Positions 37,464 through 47,362 of a stretch of 64,000 bases of DNA are shown here, piece by piece. Source of the DNA: Patescibacteria group bacterium (GTDB lineage Bacteria > Patescibacteriota > Patescibacteriia > Magasanikbacterales > GWA2-37-8); contig JAKLGL010000001.1 of the NCBI GenBank assembly GCA_022710645.1, positions 343,296-407,295 on the forward strand, written 5' to 3'. Each line of letters starts with the position of its first letter. Position 1 is the stretch's first letter. The notes beneath the pieces were generated by a model. It was not told where the DNA came from. It made no database searches and was given only the letters and a program-made list of their open reading frames with translations. The position numbers and the translations under genes are program-made.

Positions 37464-39299
37464 TTAAACTCTTTCTTTTACTTCTTTCAAAATCTTCTCA
37501 ATAAATTTTTCTTTACTCATTTTTTCTTGTTTTTCCACCCCCCTGATTCTGATCATCCAATCTTCCCCTGCCAATTCTTTATCTCCCACTACGATGATAT
37601 ATGGAATTTTTTGTTTTGCAGCTTTACGAACTTTGTTGCCGAGAGTTTCATCCGCTTCATCGCTATCCACACGCAATCCGAGTTCAAACAATTCTTCTCT
37701 TATTTTTCTCGCGCCTTCCACATGTTTTTCACTCACTGGCACGAGCATGATTTGAGTTGGCGCAAACCAAACCGGAAAAGCTCCAGCATAGTGTTCTATC
37801 AACAAACCAATAAATCTTTCAAACGAACCAAACAGCGCGCGATGCAACATATACGGTCTTTCTTGTTCACCTTTATTATTAACGAAATTCAAATCAAATC
37901 TTTCCGGTAAATTAAAATCAAATTGCAAAGTGGAACATTGCCATAAACGACCCAAACAATCTTTGATTTTGAAATCCAACTTCGGGCCGTAAAAAGCAGC
38001 TTCACCTTCTTCTTCTTTGAAATTCAATTTTTTATCTATCGCCACTTTACGCAAAACACTTTCCGTCAGTTCCCAACCTTCGTCACTACCAACATATTTT
38101 TCTTTATCTTTGGGGTCACGTAAAGAAAGAAATACTTGTACATCATCAATATTAAAACCAAAAGATTTATAAATAAACAAAATGAAGTCAATTACTCTTT
38201 TGAGTTCGTCTTCTACCTGTTCTTTGGCGCAAATAATATGCGCATCATCTTGAGTAAAACCGCGCACGCGAGTCAAACCCGAAAGCTGACCTTTTTTCTC
38301 ATGACGATAAACCGTACCGCACTCGGCCCAACGAAGCGGGAGTTCACGATAGGAATAAGGACGATTTTTGAAAATCTGTACGTGGAAAGGACAGTTCATC
38401 GGTTTGAGCAAATAAGTTTCAGGCTCTTTTACTTCTTGATTTGTCTGACTTTCTTTGAGAGTTTGTCCGACCTCTAGTGGCGGATACATACTGTCATTAT
38501 AAAATCCCCAATGACCACTGGTTTCCCAAAGAGCTTTATTGCCGATATGCGGAGTGCGAACCAATTCATATCCGCCAAGCAAATGATATTTATACCAAAA
38601 ATCTTCAATGACTCGCCACATTATGGCGCCCTTTGGATGCCAAAGCGGTAAACCCAAACCAACCATATCATCAATATGGTATAGATCCAATTCTTTACCG
38701 AGTTTTCGATGGTCTCTTTTTTCCGCTTCTTCAAGCAATGTCAAATAGTCGTCCAATTCTTTTTGTTTGGCAAAACAAACTCCGTAAACGCGAGTCAATT
38801 GCGGATTTTCACTTTTACCGCGCCAATAAGCGCCGGCTAATTTGGTTAATTTGAAAACACCTATTTCAGAAGAATCTTTGACATGGGGACCACGACATAA
38901 ATCAATAAACTCTCCGGTTTTATACAAACTAACTTTATCAATATTTTCGCCTATTTCAGCCAATTCTTCATCATTAACTTTGGTAGTTCCTTTGGTTTTC
39001 AAATCTTTGAGAAGTTCCACTTTATAAACTTGATCGTTTTTTTCAAAAAGGCCTATCGCCTTGTCAAGGGATACCTCTTGACGGGAAAACTCAACTTTTT
39101 GTTTTTGCATTTCTTTGGCCTTGTCCTCAATTTTTTGCAAATCTTCTTCATTGATAGAAGTACCAAAATCTATATCATAATAAAAACCGTTTTCGACCGT
39201 CGGACCAACACCAAATTTAGCTTTTGGATAAAGCTCGGCTACAGCTGCAGCCACCAAGTGCGCGCAACTGTGACGCATCATCTCAATATCTGTTTTCAT
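37464..39299 (-). CDS. thrS: threonyl-tRNA synthetase
   Basis: 611 aa; TGS/editing N-terminal region (HSCAHLVAAAV), class II core motifs, anticodon-binding C-terminus. Confidence 0.9.
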   Translation of the reverse strand: MKTDIEMMRHSCAHLVAAAVAELYPKAKFGVGPTVENGFYYDIDFGTSINEEDLQKIEDKAKEMQKQKVEFSRQEVSLDKAIGLFEKNDQVYKVELLKDLKTKGTTKVNDEELAEIGENIDKVSLYKTGEFIDLCRGPHVKDSSEIGVFKLTKLAGAYWRGKSENPQLTRVYGVCFAKQKELDDYLTLLEEAEKRDHRKLGKELDLYHIDDMVGLGLPLWHPKGAIMWRVIEDFWYKYHLLGGYELVRTPHIGNKALWETSGHWGFYNDSMYPPLEVGQTLKESQTNQEVKEPETYLLKPMNCPFHVQIFKNRPYSYRELPLRWAECGTVYRHEKKGQLSGLTRVRGFTQDDAHIICAKEQVEDELKRVIDFILFIYKSFGFNIDDVQVFLSLRDPKDKEKYVGSDEGWELTESVLRKVAIDKKLNFKEEEGEAAFYGPKLDFKIKDCLGRLWQCSTLQFDFNLPERFDLNFVNNKGEQERPYMLHRALFGSFERFIGLLIEHYAGAFPVWFAPTQIMLVPVSEKHVEGARKIREELFELGLRVDSDEADETLGNKVRKAAKQKIPYIIVVGDKELAGEDWMIRIRGVEKQEKMSKEKFIEKILKEVKERV

Positions 39300-39360
39300 A
39301 ATAAAATTATTAAATTATTATTTATTAATTATTTTTTATTTTGCAATCTTTCAATCTTAC

Positions 39361-39400
39361 AATTAAAATACCCCGACACCTCAAAATAGAGATATCGGGG
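39361..39400 (-). terminator. terminator-like hairpin inside the thrS leader (possible attenuator), about 60 nt before the start codon
   Basis: minus strand CCCCGAUAUCUC-UAUUUU-GAGGUGUCGGGG followed by UAUUUUAAUU. Confidence 0.45.
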
Positions 39401-39598
39401 TCCTAATTTTAAACGAAATCCGACTTAAGACATCCTCTGATTGATTGTCAGATGGACGGCTTGCCGGTCCGAAGCCCCGAAGGGGCGAAGGACGGTTCCA
39501 CCCGTTGTTTAGCTTTTGGTAATAAATTGTCAGATCTCCAAAGAGTGGTACCATGATGGTTTGCGCCATCTGGGCTGGTTCTTTTGACTAGTAATCAA

Positions 39599-39627
39599 TT
39601 TATATCAATTAAAAGTAAAATTGTCAA
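39599..39627 (-). promoter_or_regulatory. consensus promoter TTGACA-17-TATAAA driving a roughly 290-nt thrS leader
   Basis: minus strand TTGACAattttacttttaattgaTATAAA; overlaps the terminator of the upstream minus-strand gene. Confidence 0.5.
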
Positions 39628-39628
39628 A

Positions 39629-39655
39629 TAAAAAACCGCCTTTTTAGGGGCGGTT
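39629..39655 (-). terminator. intrinsic terminator of ORF 39673..40326
   Basis: minus strand AACCGCC-CCUAAAAA-GGCGGUU-UUUUU. Confidence 0.55.
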
Positions 39656-39672
39656 GGAAAAAAGAACGGTAT

Positions 39673-40326
39673 TTATTTCTGGAATGAAAGACGTTCTTTC
39701 ATCCAGTTCTCAATAGCGCTGACAACAGGCTTTCTGAAATCCTCCCGATAGTATCTTACAAGTTCCTTCAGTGTAGGCTTATAGATGTTTATATCCACCC
39801 CTAAAGCGAACGCAATACATCTGAAAGATTCCAGAGCTGATACCGTATTCTCGGTATTCCTGATAAGGTCATCAATGAAAGAACTCCACAGGAACATATG
39901 GAGGAGTTCCACAGCTTCGCAGGAACCCGGTTTAATGTTGAGGCTTCCCTTGCTGAATGTTTTCAAAAAATCCAAAACTTCTTCAGGGCTTTCGAAATCT
40001 CCTTTGCACAAAACGACGACCGCCGCTCGGTTGATAAAACAATCAGGCAGATCTTTTTCGAAAACCTTGAGAAACTGCAATGCTTTGGGAAACTTTTTCT
40101 GTCTGAGGAGCCTTTCCAGATTGAAACTCAATAGCTCCTGAATTTCCGATAAGTTCAACTTTTCCTCTTTGAGGAACTCACTGAGAATTTTTCCCCTGTT
40201 AAAAAACCTCCTTACCGAAAGGTCCGGCAACAGGTCAAAATCTGACCTTTCGAAAATTTCCAACGGTTCAAAAAAACCACTGATTGTTGAAAGAAGCGCA
40301 GGCTTGGCGGGCTGTTTTAACGGCAT
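39673..40326 (-). CDS. hypothetical protein, compositionally atypical (higher GC)
   Basis: 217 aa; clearly more GC-rich than neighbours; no motif recognised. Confidence 0.45.
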   Translation of the reverse strand: MPLKQPAKPALLSTISGFFEPLEIFERSDFDLLPDLSVRRFFNRGKILSEFLKEEKLNLSEIQELLSFNLERLLRQKKFPKALQFLKVFEKDLPDCFINRAAVVVLCKGDFESPEEVLDFLKTFSKGSLNIKPGSCEAVELLHMFLWSSFIDDLIRNTENTVSALESFRCIAFALGVDINIYKPTLKELVRYYREDFRKPVVSAIENWMKERLSFQK

Positions 40327-40578
40327 GGTGTTTCCTCCAAAAAAGATGATAACTAACGTTTATTTGAAAAAGAACATCAAATCTACAGCTGCAGAATTGA
40401 CTGCTTATCTTAATAAAAAAACGGTCTTTTGTCAAGTATTTTCATATATTGACAATGAGACAATGATATTTTCCTATTTTAGCCAAAATATGCTATAATA
40501 TCTTTGTTCCAAAAAAATACGATTTTTGTATTTTTGGACTTTATAAACTTTATAACTTTACAAACTTTATAAACTTTT

Positions 40579-41547
40579 ATGACTTACGAACCGAGTTATC
40601 GCGAGGCTTTAAAACATGCCTTTTCTCTCGTTTGGAAAAATAAATCTCTTTGGGTATTTGGCATTCTGGCCGCGCTTTTTGTCAGTCCTTTCGGTCTGGG
40701 CGGATTTTGGGGGCAATTTTTGCTGGTAGGCAAAGAATCTCTCAGTATTAGCTATTTTCCTTGGTCCGGAATTTTCAATTGGTTAGCAAATAGCGATCCG
40801 GCCAATTTCGTTTCTTTGGTTTGGTTTTTGGAAATAATATTGGCAATTTTTGCCATCGTAATTTTCATTTCAGTTTGTTCGCAAACTTCTCTTATTATCA
40901 ATACTTGCGAATATTACAAAAAGAAAACTCATTCCAAACTGAGCGACACTTGGCATAAAAGTTATAAATATTTTTGGAAAATACTCGGTATTGATGTGAT
41001 GCGCAAATTGATTTTAACTTTAGCAATAGCTTTTACCGCCGGACTTTGGTTTATAACATCAACCAATGATTTTTGGACATCATTATTCCTCATTTTATCC
41101 TTTATAATTGTGCTTTTCTTGGTCTTGGCGGTTTCTTCGATAACTATCTATGCTTCCGGTTACGCGGTTATTGATAATGAAAATTTTTGGGGAAGTTTAA
41201 AAAAAGGATTTTTACTTTTCAAAGACCACTTTTTGGTTTCTTTTGAAATAAGCCTGTTGATGTTGATGATGGATTTGATCTTGGCATCTTTCATGTCTAC
41301 CGTTATTATCCTCTCTTTTGTTCCTGCAACTATTTTATGGTTCTTGGCTGCTTTGTTTAACAGCTTGTTTTTATTGAATTTTTCCATTATTTTGAGTATT
41401 TTGACCATTACCGTTTTGATAGTGCTCGCGGGCGGATTTTATAACGCTTTTAACACCGGAACTTGGATGTATCTTTTTATGAAGATGCATCATAAAGGAA
41501 TTTTTTCTCGCATCGGTCACCTTTTTATTAAAATTTTCCAAAAATAA
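40579..41547 (+). CDS. hypothetical polytopic membrane protein
   Basis: 322 aa, about 7 TM helices; preceded by tandem ACTTTATAA repeats; ends 4 nt before the pilB-like gene. Confidence 0.5.
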   Translation: MTYEPSYREALKHAFSLVWKNKSLWVFGILAALFVSPFGLGGFWGQFLLVGKESLSISYFPWSGIFNWLANSDPANFVSLVWFLEIILAIFAIVIFISVCSQTSLIINTCEYYKKKTHSKLSDTWHKSYKYFWKILGIDVMRKLILTLAIAFTAGLWFITSTNDFWTSLFLILSFIIVLFLVLAVSSITIYASGYAVIDNENFWGSLKKGFLLFKDHFLVSFEISLLMLMMDLILASFMSTVIILSFVPATILWFLAALFNSLFLLNFSIILSILTITVLIVLAGGFYNAFNTGTWMYLFMKMHHKGIFSRIGHLFIKIFQK

Positions 41548-41550
41548 ATT

Positions 41551-43254
41551 ATGTCCGATTTTCAATCTATCAATGATTTGATGAAAAAAGGAGGGGCTAA
41601 AAAAAAGACGGATGACGTCCAAGATTTGTTGAATCAAAAAATAAAAACCATTCGTCAAAAAGGCAGAGAAGAAGATGTGGAAAAAAAAGCCAAAGAATTG
41701 GGCGTTTCTTATATAAATCTTTACGGCTTTCCGGTTTCCGCCGAATCTCTGCGTGTGATTCCCGAAACACAAGCGCGAGAAAAAAAACTTGTTTGTTTTT
41801 ACGCCACTCCGGATAAAATAAAAATCGCCGGTACAGACATAAACGATGAGATCAAAGAATTGACTTATCAACTTGGCGAAAAAAATCATGCTGATACCGA
41901 ACTTTATCTGATTTCTCAAAACAGTTTGGAATATGTTTTCAAAATGTATGCCAATTTGCCGGTAATAAAACCCATTACCAAAGATATCAACATCACTCAA
42001 GAAGAACTTGACAGATATCAAGTAGAAATGAGCAATATCCAATCTCTGGAAGAGAAATTCAAAAATATCAACATCACCGATATCTTAACTTTGATTATTG
42101 CCTCGGCTTTGAAATTAAACAGTTCCGATATCCATGTGGAAGCCGAAGAAAAAGGTATTGCCGTTCGTTACCGCATTGACGGGGTTTTGCATGATGTTGC
42201 CAATCTGCCTATCGATCAATGGAAAAGATTTGTTTCGCGTATCAAACTGCTGGCCGCTCTCAAAATTAACATTACCGATAAACCTCAAGACGGTCGGGTT
42301 ACTTTGAAATTACCTTCCGGCAATATAGATGTTCGCGTCTCCACTATGCCGACAACTTATGGTGAAAGCGTAGTAATGAGAATTTTATTCTCCGGCAGTA
42401 AAGGAGTCACTTTTGATGATTTGGGTTTTTATGGGGATTCCTATGATCGCTTAAAACGCGAAATTGAAAGACCCAACGGCATGATCATCACTACCGGTCC
42501 GACCGGTTCCGGTAAAACAACCACTCTTTACGCTATTTTACGCACCCTCAATAAACCGGGAGTAAAGATTATCACTTTGGAAGATCCGGTAGAAATCAAA
42601 ATGGAAGGAGTTAATCAAAGTCAAGTTGACCCAACTCGCGATTATACTTTTGCCAAAGGTTTACGCAGTATTTTACGTCAGGATCCCGATATTTGTATGG
42701 TCGGCGAAATCCGTGATTTGGAAACTGCGGAAATTGCTATTCAATCCGCGCTTACCGGTCACTTGATGCTTTCTACCATCCATACCAACAGCGCTTCCGG
42801 AGCTCTACCACGTTTTCTTTCCATGGGTGTAAAACCTTTTTTATTGGCTCCGTCTCTCAACGCCATCATCGGTCAACGCTTGGTGCGTCGCATTTGTCCA
42901 AAATGTATTATTGAAGACAAAATAGACGAAGAGAAAATGAAAAGAGTAAAAGAACAATTTGAAAAATTACCGGAAAATGAAAAAAATAAAATTGATTTTA
43001 ATAATCTGAAATTTTATAAAGGACAAGGTTGCGAATTTTGTTCCGGATTAGGCTATAAAGGACGTATCGGTATTTATGAAATTTTTACCATGAACAAAGA
43101 AATAGAAGAGATCATCCTCACCGGACAAACCAGTGAATACGCCATTCAAGAAATTGCGGTGAAAAACGGCATGGTTACCATGGTGCAAGACGGATTGCTT
43201 AAGGCTTTAAATAAAGTAACTACAGTAGAAGAAGTATTCAGGGTGACGGAATAG
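41551..43254 (+). CDS. pilB: type II/IV secretion ATPase, PilB/GspE family
   Basis: Walker A TGPTGSGKTTTL, Asp box, His box LSTIHTNSA, tetracysteine CPKC...CEFC zinc motif. Confidence 0.8.
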   Translation: MSDFQSINDLMKKGGAKKKTDDVQDLLNQKIKTIRQKGREEDVEKKAKELGVSYINLYGFPVSAESLRVIPETQAREKKLVCFYATPDKIKIAGTDINDEIKELTYQLGEKNHADTELYLISQNSLEYVFKMYANLPVIKPITKDINITQEELDRYQVEMSNIQSLEEKFKNINITDILTLIIASALKLNSSDIHVEAEEKGIAVRYRIDGVLHDVANLPIDQWKRFVSRIKLLAALKINITDKPQDGRVTLKLPSGNIDVRVSTMPTTYGESVVMRILFSGSKGVTFDDLGFYGDSYDRLKREIERPNGMIITTGPTGSGKTTTLYAILRTLNKPGVKIITLEDPVEIKMEGVNQSQVDPTRDYTFAKGLRSILRQDPDICMVGEIRDLETAEIAIQSALTGHLMLSTIHTNSASGALPRFLSMGVKPFLLAPSLNAIIGQRLVRRICPKCIIEDKIDEEKMKRVKEQFEKLPENEKNKIDFNNLKFYKGQGCEFCSGLGYKGRIGIYEIFTMNKEIEEIILTGQTSEYAIQEIAVKNGMVTMVQDGLLKALNKVTTVEEVFRVTE

Positions 43255-43389
43255 CGCTGTTTTAAAAAAAATGGTATACTATAATTAAGAAATTTTCAAT
43301 TTACAATTTTCATTGAATTTTTAATAAACTAATTTTCAATGTCTTACTTTATAACTTTATAACTTTAAGAACTTTATAAACTAAACACT

Positions 43390-44538
43390 ATGTACGCTCA
43401 TCGTCTCTCTACCAAACCGGCTCATGAACCGCCGGTAAAGACTTATCGCGTCATTGCCTTCTCTTTTCTGGCTTTGACCGTAGTGTTGTTAACTATCGTG
43501 ATTTTTTCCGCTTTGAAAAAGACCGAAATTACCGTTATTGCCAAAGAAGATAAAAAAACTATCAATCTCGCGGTTAGTGCAGCCAAAGAAAAAGCCGGCG
43601 AAAAATCTTTATCCGCGATAGTTACTACTACCAAATTTTACTTTAGTGAAAATTATTCTCCGACCGGAGCCAAAACCGTAGAGGGGCTATCCAAAGGCGA
43701 AGTAACCGTTTATAACAAAACCAACGAATTGGTGACACTGGTGAAAACCACCAGGTTATTATCCCCCAATAATGTTTTATTTCGCTTGAGCGATCGTATC
43801 AACATCCCGGCTCAAGGGAAAATAACAGCCAAAGTTTATGCTGATCAAGGCGGAGCAAGTAGTGATATCGGTCCGACTTCTTTCACGATTCCCGGTTTAT
43901 CAACTGAAAAACAAAAATCGGTTTATGCGGAAAGCGCACAGCCGATGGCTGGCGGCTCTGGTAAAATAGGCATTGTTTCCGAAAGCGATATTTCTTCCGC
44001 CAAAAATGATTTTAAAGAAAAAGTTAGACAAGCATATCTCAAACAAATCAAAGAAACCGAAATTTGGGCTGATTTAAAAATAGTCAGTATTTCAGATAGT
44101 GAATCTGTTTCTTCTCATAAAGTCGGCGATGAAGCCGGAAATTTCTCTTTAACCGGCACTTCTACGGTTGTCGCGGTATTTTTGGCCAAAAAAGATCTTG
44201 AAGAATTATTAAACAAAGAAATAGGAAAAACAGTTGATAATAACTCGGAAAAAATATTATCCTTTTCCGGAGAACCTGTTATCAGCATAGCTTCAACCGA
44301 TCTTACAAAACAATCCGCAGAATTAAACGTTTCTCAAGAAACTTTGGTAACTCTAAACGTTGACGCTCAAAGTTTGGCAAAAACAAACTTTGCCGGCAAA
44401 GATAAAAGTGAAATAGAAAGATATGTCGTGAGTTTACCACACGTCACCGGAGTCAATGTAAAGTTCTCCCCTTCTTGGAGTGATACTGCGCCAAGTTCTC
44501 CGGATAAGATTAAGGTTGTGGTGAAGAATGTGAAATAA
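43390..44538 (+). CDS. hypothetical membrane-anchored extracytoplasmic protein
   Basis: 382 aa; one N-terminal TM (VIAFSFLALTVVLLTIVIF) then beta-rich domain. Confidence 0.5.
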   Translation: MYAHRLSTKPAHEPPVKTYRVIAFSFLALTVVLLTIVIFSALKKTEITVIAKEDKKTINLAVSAAKEKAGEKSLSAIVTTTKFYFSENYSPTGAKTVEGLSKGEVTVYNKTNELVTLVKTTRLLSPNNVLFRLSDRINIPAQGKITAKVYADQGGASSDIGPTSFTIPGLSTEKQKSVYAESAQPMAGGSGKIGIVSESDISSAKNDFKEKVRQAYLKQIKETEIWADLKIVSISDSESVSSHKVGDEAGNFSLTGTSTVVAVFLAKKDLEELLNKEIGKTVDNNSEKILSFSGEPVISIASTDLTKQSAELNVSQETLVTLNVDAQSLAKTNFAGKDKSEIERYVVSLPHVTGVNVKFSPSWSDTAPSSPDKIKVVVKNVK

Positions 44539-44561
44539 AAATTTTAAAATTTACTTCAACT

Positions 44562-44644
44562 GTCATCCTGAATGTAATGAAGGATCTGCAAAAAAGATTA
44601 TTGCTTATTACAGATTCTTCTCCGCCTAGGCGGATCAGAATGAC
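44562..44644. repeat. MITE-like palindromic element copy C (inverted orientation, lacks the internal 20-bp palindrome)
   Basis: gtcatcctgaatg...ccgcctaggcggatcagaatgac; reverse complement aligns with copy A end to end except for the CCTGCC...GGCAGG core. Confidence 0.65.
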
Positions 44645-44728
44645 AAATAAAAAACTCGATCGTAATTGATCGAGTTTTTGTTTAAAAAAACGACGGACCC
44701 GCAGGTCCGCCTATAGCTTTGACGAAAT

Positions 44729-45157
44729 TTATTCTTCAAAAAGGAAATCGCATTTTTTTACCGCCCATCTACATTCCATTTCACCATTTTTATCCTTTTT
44801 GAAAGTATTAAGTCTTAAAGGAAAAGAAATATTTTTGGGAATAGTATTAGCACATTTAGTGCTAACTTTATAATGCTTATCATCTTTGACGAATTCTTTG
44901 GAGAATTCATTGTAAATTCCCTCAGTAAACACTGTGGTCACCATCACTATTTTGTCACTCTCTAAATCAAAACCTTCGTGTAAAGCCCAAACTTGATAAA
45001 TTTGATCTTCTTGTAAAAAACCTTCCGATTTTTTGAAATTATAAATTGCTAATTTCATTATTAAAAGAATTAACAATGTTATTCCTATCAAAATTCCTGA
45101 ACTAAAAAGGAAATCTCGAATATACCTTTTTACTTTTTTCATCTCATTCTCCTTCAA
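44729..45157 (-). CDS. hypothetical small membrane-anchored protein
   Basis: 142 aa, one TM (FLFSSGILIGITLLILLIM). Confidence 0.45.
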   Translation of the reverse strand: MKENEMKKVKRYIRDFLFSSGILIGITLLILLIMKLAIYNFKKSEGFLQEDQIYQVWALHEGFDLESDKIVMVTTVFTEGIYNEFSKEFVKDDKHYKVSTKCANTIPKNISFPLRLNTFKKDKNGEMECRWAVKKCDFLFEE

Positions 45158-45305
45158 AAAAATTATTAAAATTTAAAGAACTGTAACTAACTAACAGCAA
45201 ATTATAGCACATTTTCGCACTTTTGTCAAGGGGTAAATTTGGCTATTATGAGGCAAAGTATAAAATAAAAAACCGCCCTTGCGAGCGATTTTAGTTATTT
45301 TATTT

Positions 45306-45407
45306 GTCATTCTGAGGAGCTTAGCGACGAAGAACCTGCCTGCCGGCAGGCAGGTCTGTAAAAAGCAATAATTCTGTTTACAGATCCTTCACTGCGTTCA
45401 GGATGAC
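45306..45407. repeat. MITE-like palindromic element copy D (contains the cctgcctgccggcaggcagg core)
   Basis: gtcattctgagg...aacctgcctgccggcaggcaggtctg...gttcaggatgac, 102 bp. Confidence 0.7.
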
Positions 45408-45432
45408 AAATTGTTTCGTCATTCTAAAATCT

Positions 45433-47310
45433 TCAATCTAAAATACTTTTTATTTCCTCTTGTTCAATCGTTTCTTTCTCCATCAAAACCGCTACCATCT
45501 TTTCTAAACTTTCTTTTTTACTTTCCAAAATATCTTTGGCTCTTTTTTCCGCTTCAGTCAAAAGTTTGGAAACTTCTTCATCTATTCTTTCCGCGGTTTT
45601 ATCGCTGTAATCTTGTTGTTCATGAATTTCTTTACCCAAGAAAATCATTTCTTCATGTTCACCGAAAGTACGAGGTCCTAGTGGACTCATACCATAACGC
45701 ACCACCATATCACGAGCTACTCTAGTGGCATTTTTGAGATCAGACGAAGGACCGGTGGAAACATTATTTTCTCCATAAATCATTTTTTCCACTACATAAC
45801 CGCCGAGCATCATCGCTAATTCGTCTTTGAATTGAGAAAGAGTGTAATAGTGTTTATCTTCAGACGGCATCTTGAGAGTATAACCTCCGGCTTGACCGCG
45901 AGAAATGATAGATACTTTGCGAACTTGATCGCAATCAGGTAAAACATGTCCGACTATGGCGTGTCCGGCTTCATGATAAGCAGTCATCTTTTTTTCTTTT
46001 TCACTGATAACTCTGCTTTTACGTTCCGGTCCGAGCATGACTTTTTCAATACTTTCCAGAATTTCCGTTTCATTAATTTTTTTCAAATTACGACGCACAG
46101 TCAAAATAGCGGCTTCGTTGAGTAAGCTTTCCAAATCCGCGCCGGAAAATCCCGGGGTGCGTTCCGCAATTTTACGAAGCGAAACTTCTTTGGTAATCGG
46201 TTTATTCTTGGCGTGAATCTTGAGAATTTCTTCACGGTCTTTGATGTCCGGCATTGTCAAAACAACTCGACGGTCAAAACGTCCGGGACGAAGAAGAGCT
46301 GGATCCAAAACATCGGGACGATTGGTAGCAGCCATCACTATAACCCCGCTATTTGGTTCAAAACCATCCATTTCCACCAAAATTTGATTGAGGGTTTGTT
46401 CACGTTCATCATGACCTCCGCCAAGCCCTGTCCCGCGTCTACGACCCACAGCATCAATCTCATCGATAAATACGATGGCTGGAGCGGATTTCTTGGCTTT
46501 GGAAAACAAATCACGCACACGGGAAGCACCAACACCCACAAACATCTCTACAAATTCCGATCCGGACATGTGAAAAAACGGAACATTAGCTTCACCGGCC
46601 ACGGATTTGGCCAATAATGTTTTACCAGTTCCGGGAGACCCCATGAGTAATACGCCTTTGGGAATTTTGGCGCCCATATCGGAAAACTTTTTCGGACTTT
46701 TGAGAAATTCCACGATTTCTTGCAATTCTTCTTTGGCTTCATTGGCACCGGCCACATCGGAAAATGTTTTACGGTTTTTATCTTTTGGATTAACCATACG
46801 GGCACTACTTTGACCGAAACCCATCGCTTTGTTATTTGCCCCTTGGACTCCACGAGTCATAAAATAGAAGAAAGCTATAATTATCAAAAGTGGCAATAAA
46901 ATCGGCATGATAAAATTGATAAACCAAAATTTAGCAGAGCTTTCATCTCCTATTTCAACAGCTAAATTTTTTCTGGCTTCCTCGTTAACACCATAATTTT
47001 TCAAAATATCACCAAATGATTCTCCTGATTCTTTCTTGACTTCTTGCGGTTTGGCGTTGGTGTCATTTAACTCTATTTTCAACAAATCGCCTTGCACTGT
47101 CACTTTTTTCACAGCTCCGGCGTTGATTTCTTCTACCAAGCGACCGATTCCCACAGTCTCGGGTTTTTTATCTTCGCTTTGTTGAAAATAACTCAAAATC
47201 CCGGCTGCAAAAAGCAAACAGATAAAAATTATAATAAAATTTTTTGCAAAATCTTTCATAAATATACTTTTAAAATTAATATTCAAGTAAAGTAATTTTA
47301 CAATAAACAA
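45433..47310 (-). CDS. ftsH: ATP-dependent zinc metalloprotease FtsH
   Basis: N-terminal TMs, AAA Walker [14 protein letters not shown], zinc motif HEAGHA. Confidence 0.9.
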   Translation of the reverse strand: MFIVKLLYLNINFKSIFMKDFAKNFIIIFICLLFAAGILSYFQQSEDKKPETVGIGRLVEEINAGAVKKVTVQGDLLKIELNDTNAKPQEVKKESGESFGDILKNYGVNEEARKNLAVEIGDESSAKFWFINFIMPILLPLLIIIAFFYFMTRGVQGANNKAMGFGQSSARMVNPKDKNRKTFSDVAGANEAKEELQEIVEFLKSPKKFSDMGAKIPKGVLLMGSPGTGKTLLAKSVAGEANVPFFHMSGSEFVEMFVGVGASRVRDLFSKAKKSAPAIVFIDEIDAVGRRRGTGLGGGHDEREQTLNQILVEMDGFEPNSGVIVMAATNRPDVLDPALLRPGRFDRRVVLTMPDIKDREEILKIHAKNKPITKEVSLRKIAERTPGFSGADLESLLNEAAILTVRRNLKKINETEILESIEKVMLGPERKSRVISEKEKKMTAYHEAGHAIVGHVLPDCDQVRKVSIISRGQAGGYTLKMPSEDKHYYTLSQFKDELAMMLGGYVVEKMIYGENNVSTGPSSDLKNATRVARDMVVRYGMSPLGPRTFGEHEEMIFLGKEIHEQQDYSDKTAERIDEEVSKLLTEAEKRAKDILESKKESLEKMVAVLMEKETIEQEEIKSILD

Positions 47311-47362
47311 TCGAAAAAATCAATAAAGAAAACCCTCCGCTTGAGGCGGAGGGTTTTTGTTT

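Noticed and set aside
39440-39500. GC-rich segment ggacggcttgccggtccgaagccccgaaggggcgaaggacgg considered as SRP RNA or tmRNA
   Set aside because: Partial resemblance to SRP domain IV (GGUCCG...GAAGG), but no acceptable helix 8 or tetraloop geometry and no tRNA-like ends. Better explained as part of the thrS leader.
39541-39565. Plus-strand T-box-like motif GAGTGGTACCATG
   Set aside because: It is on the strand opposite thrS and no plus-strand gene follows. GGTACC is palindromic, so the match is orientation-ambiguous; the leader was interpreted on the minus strand only.
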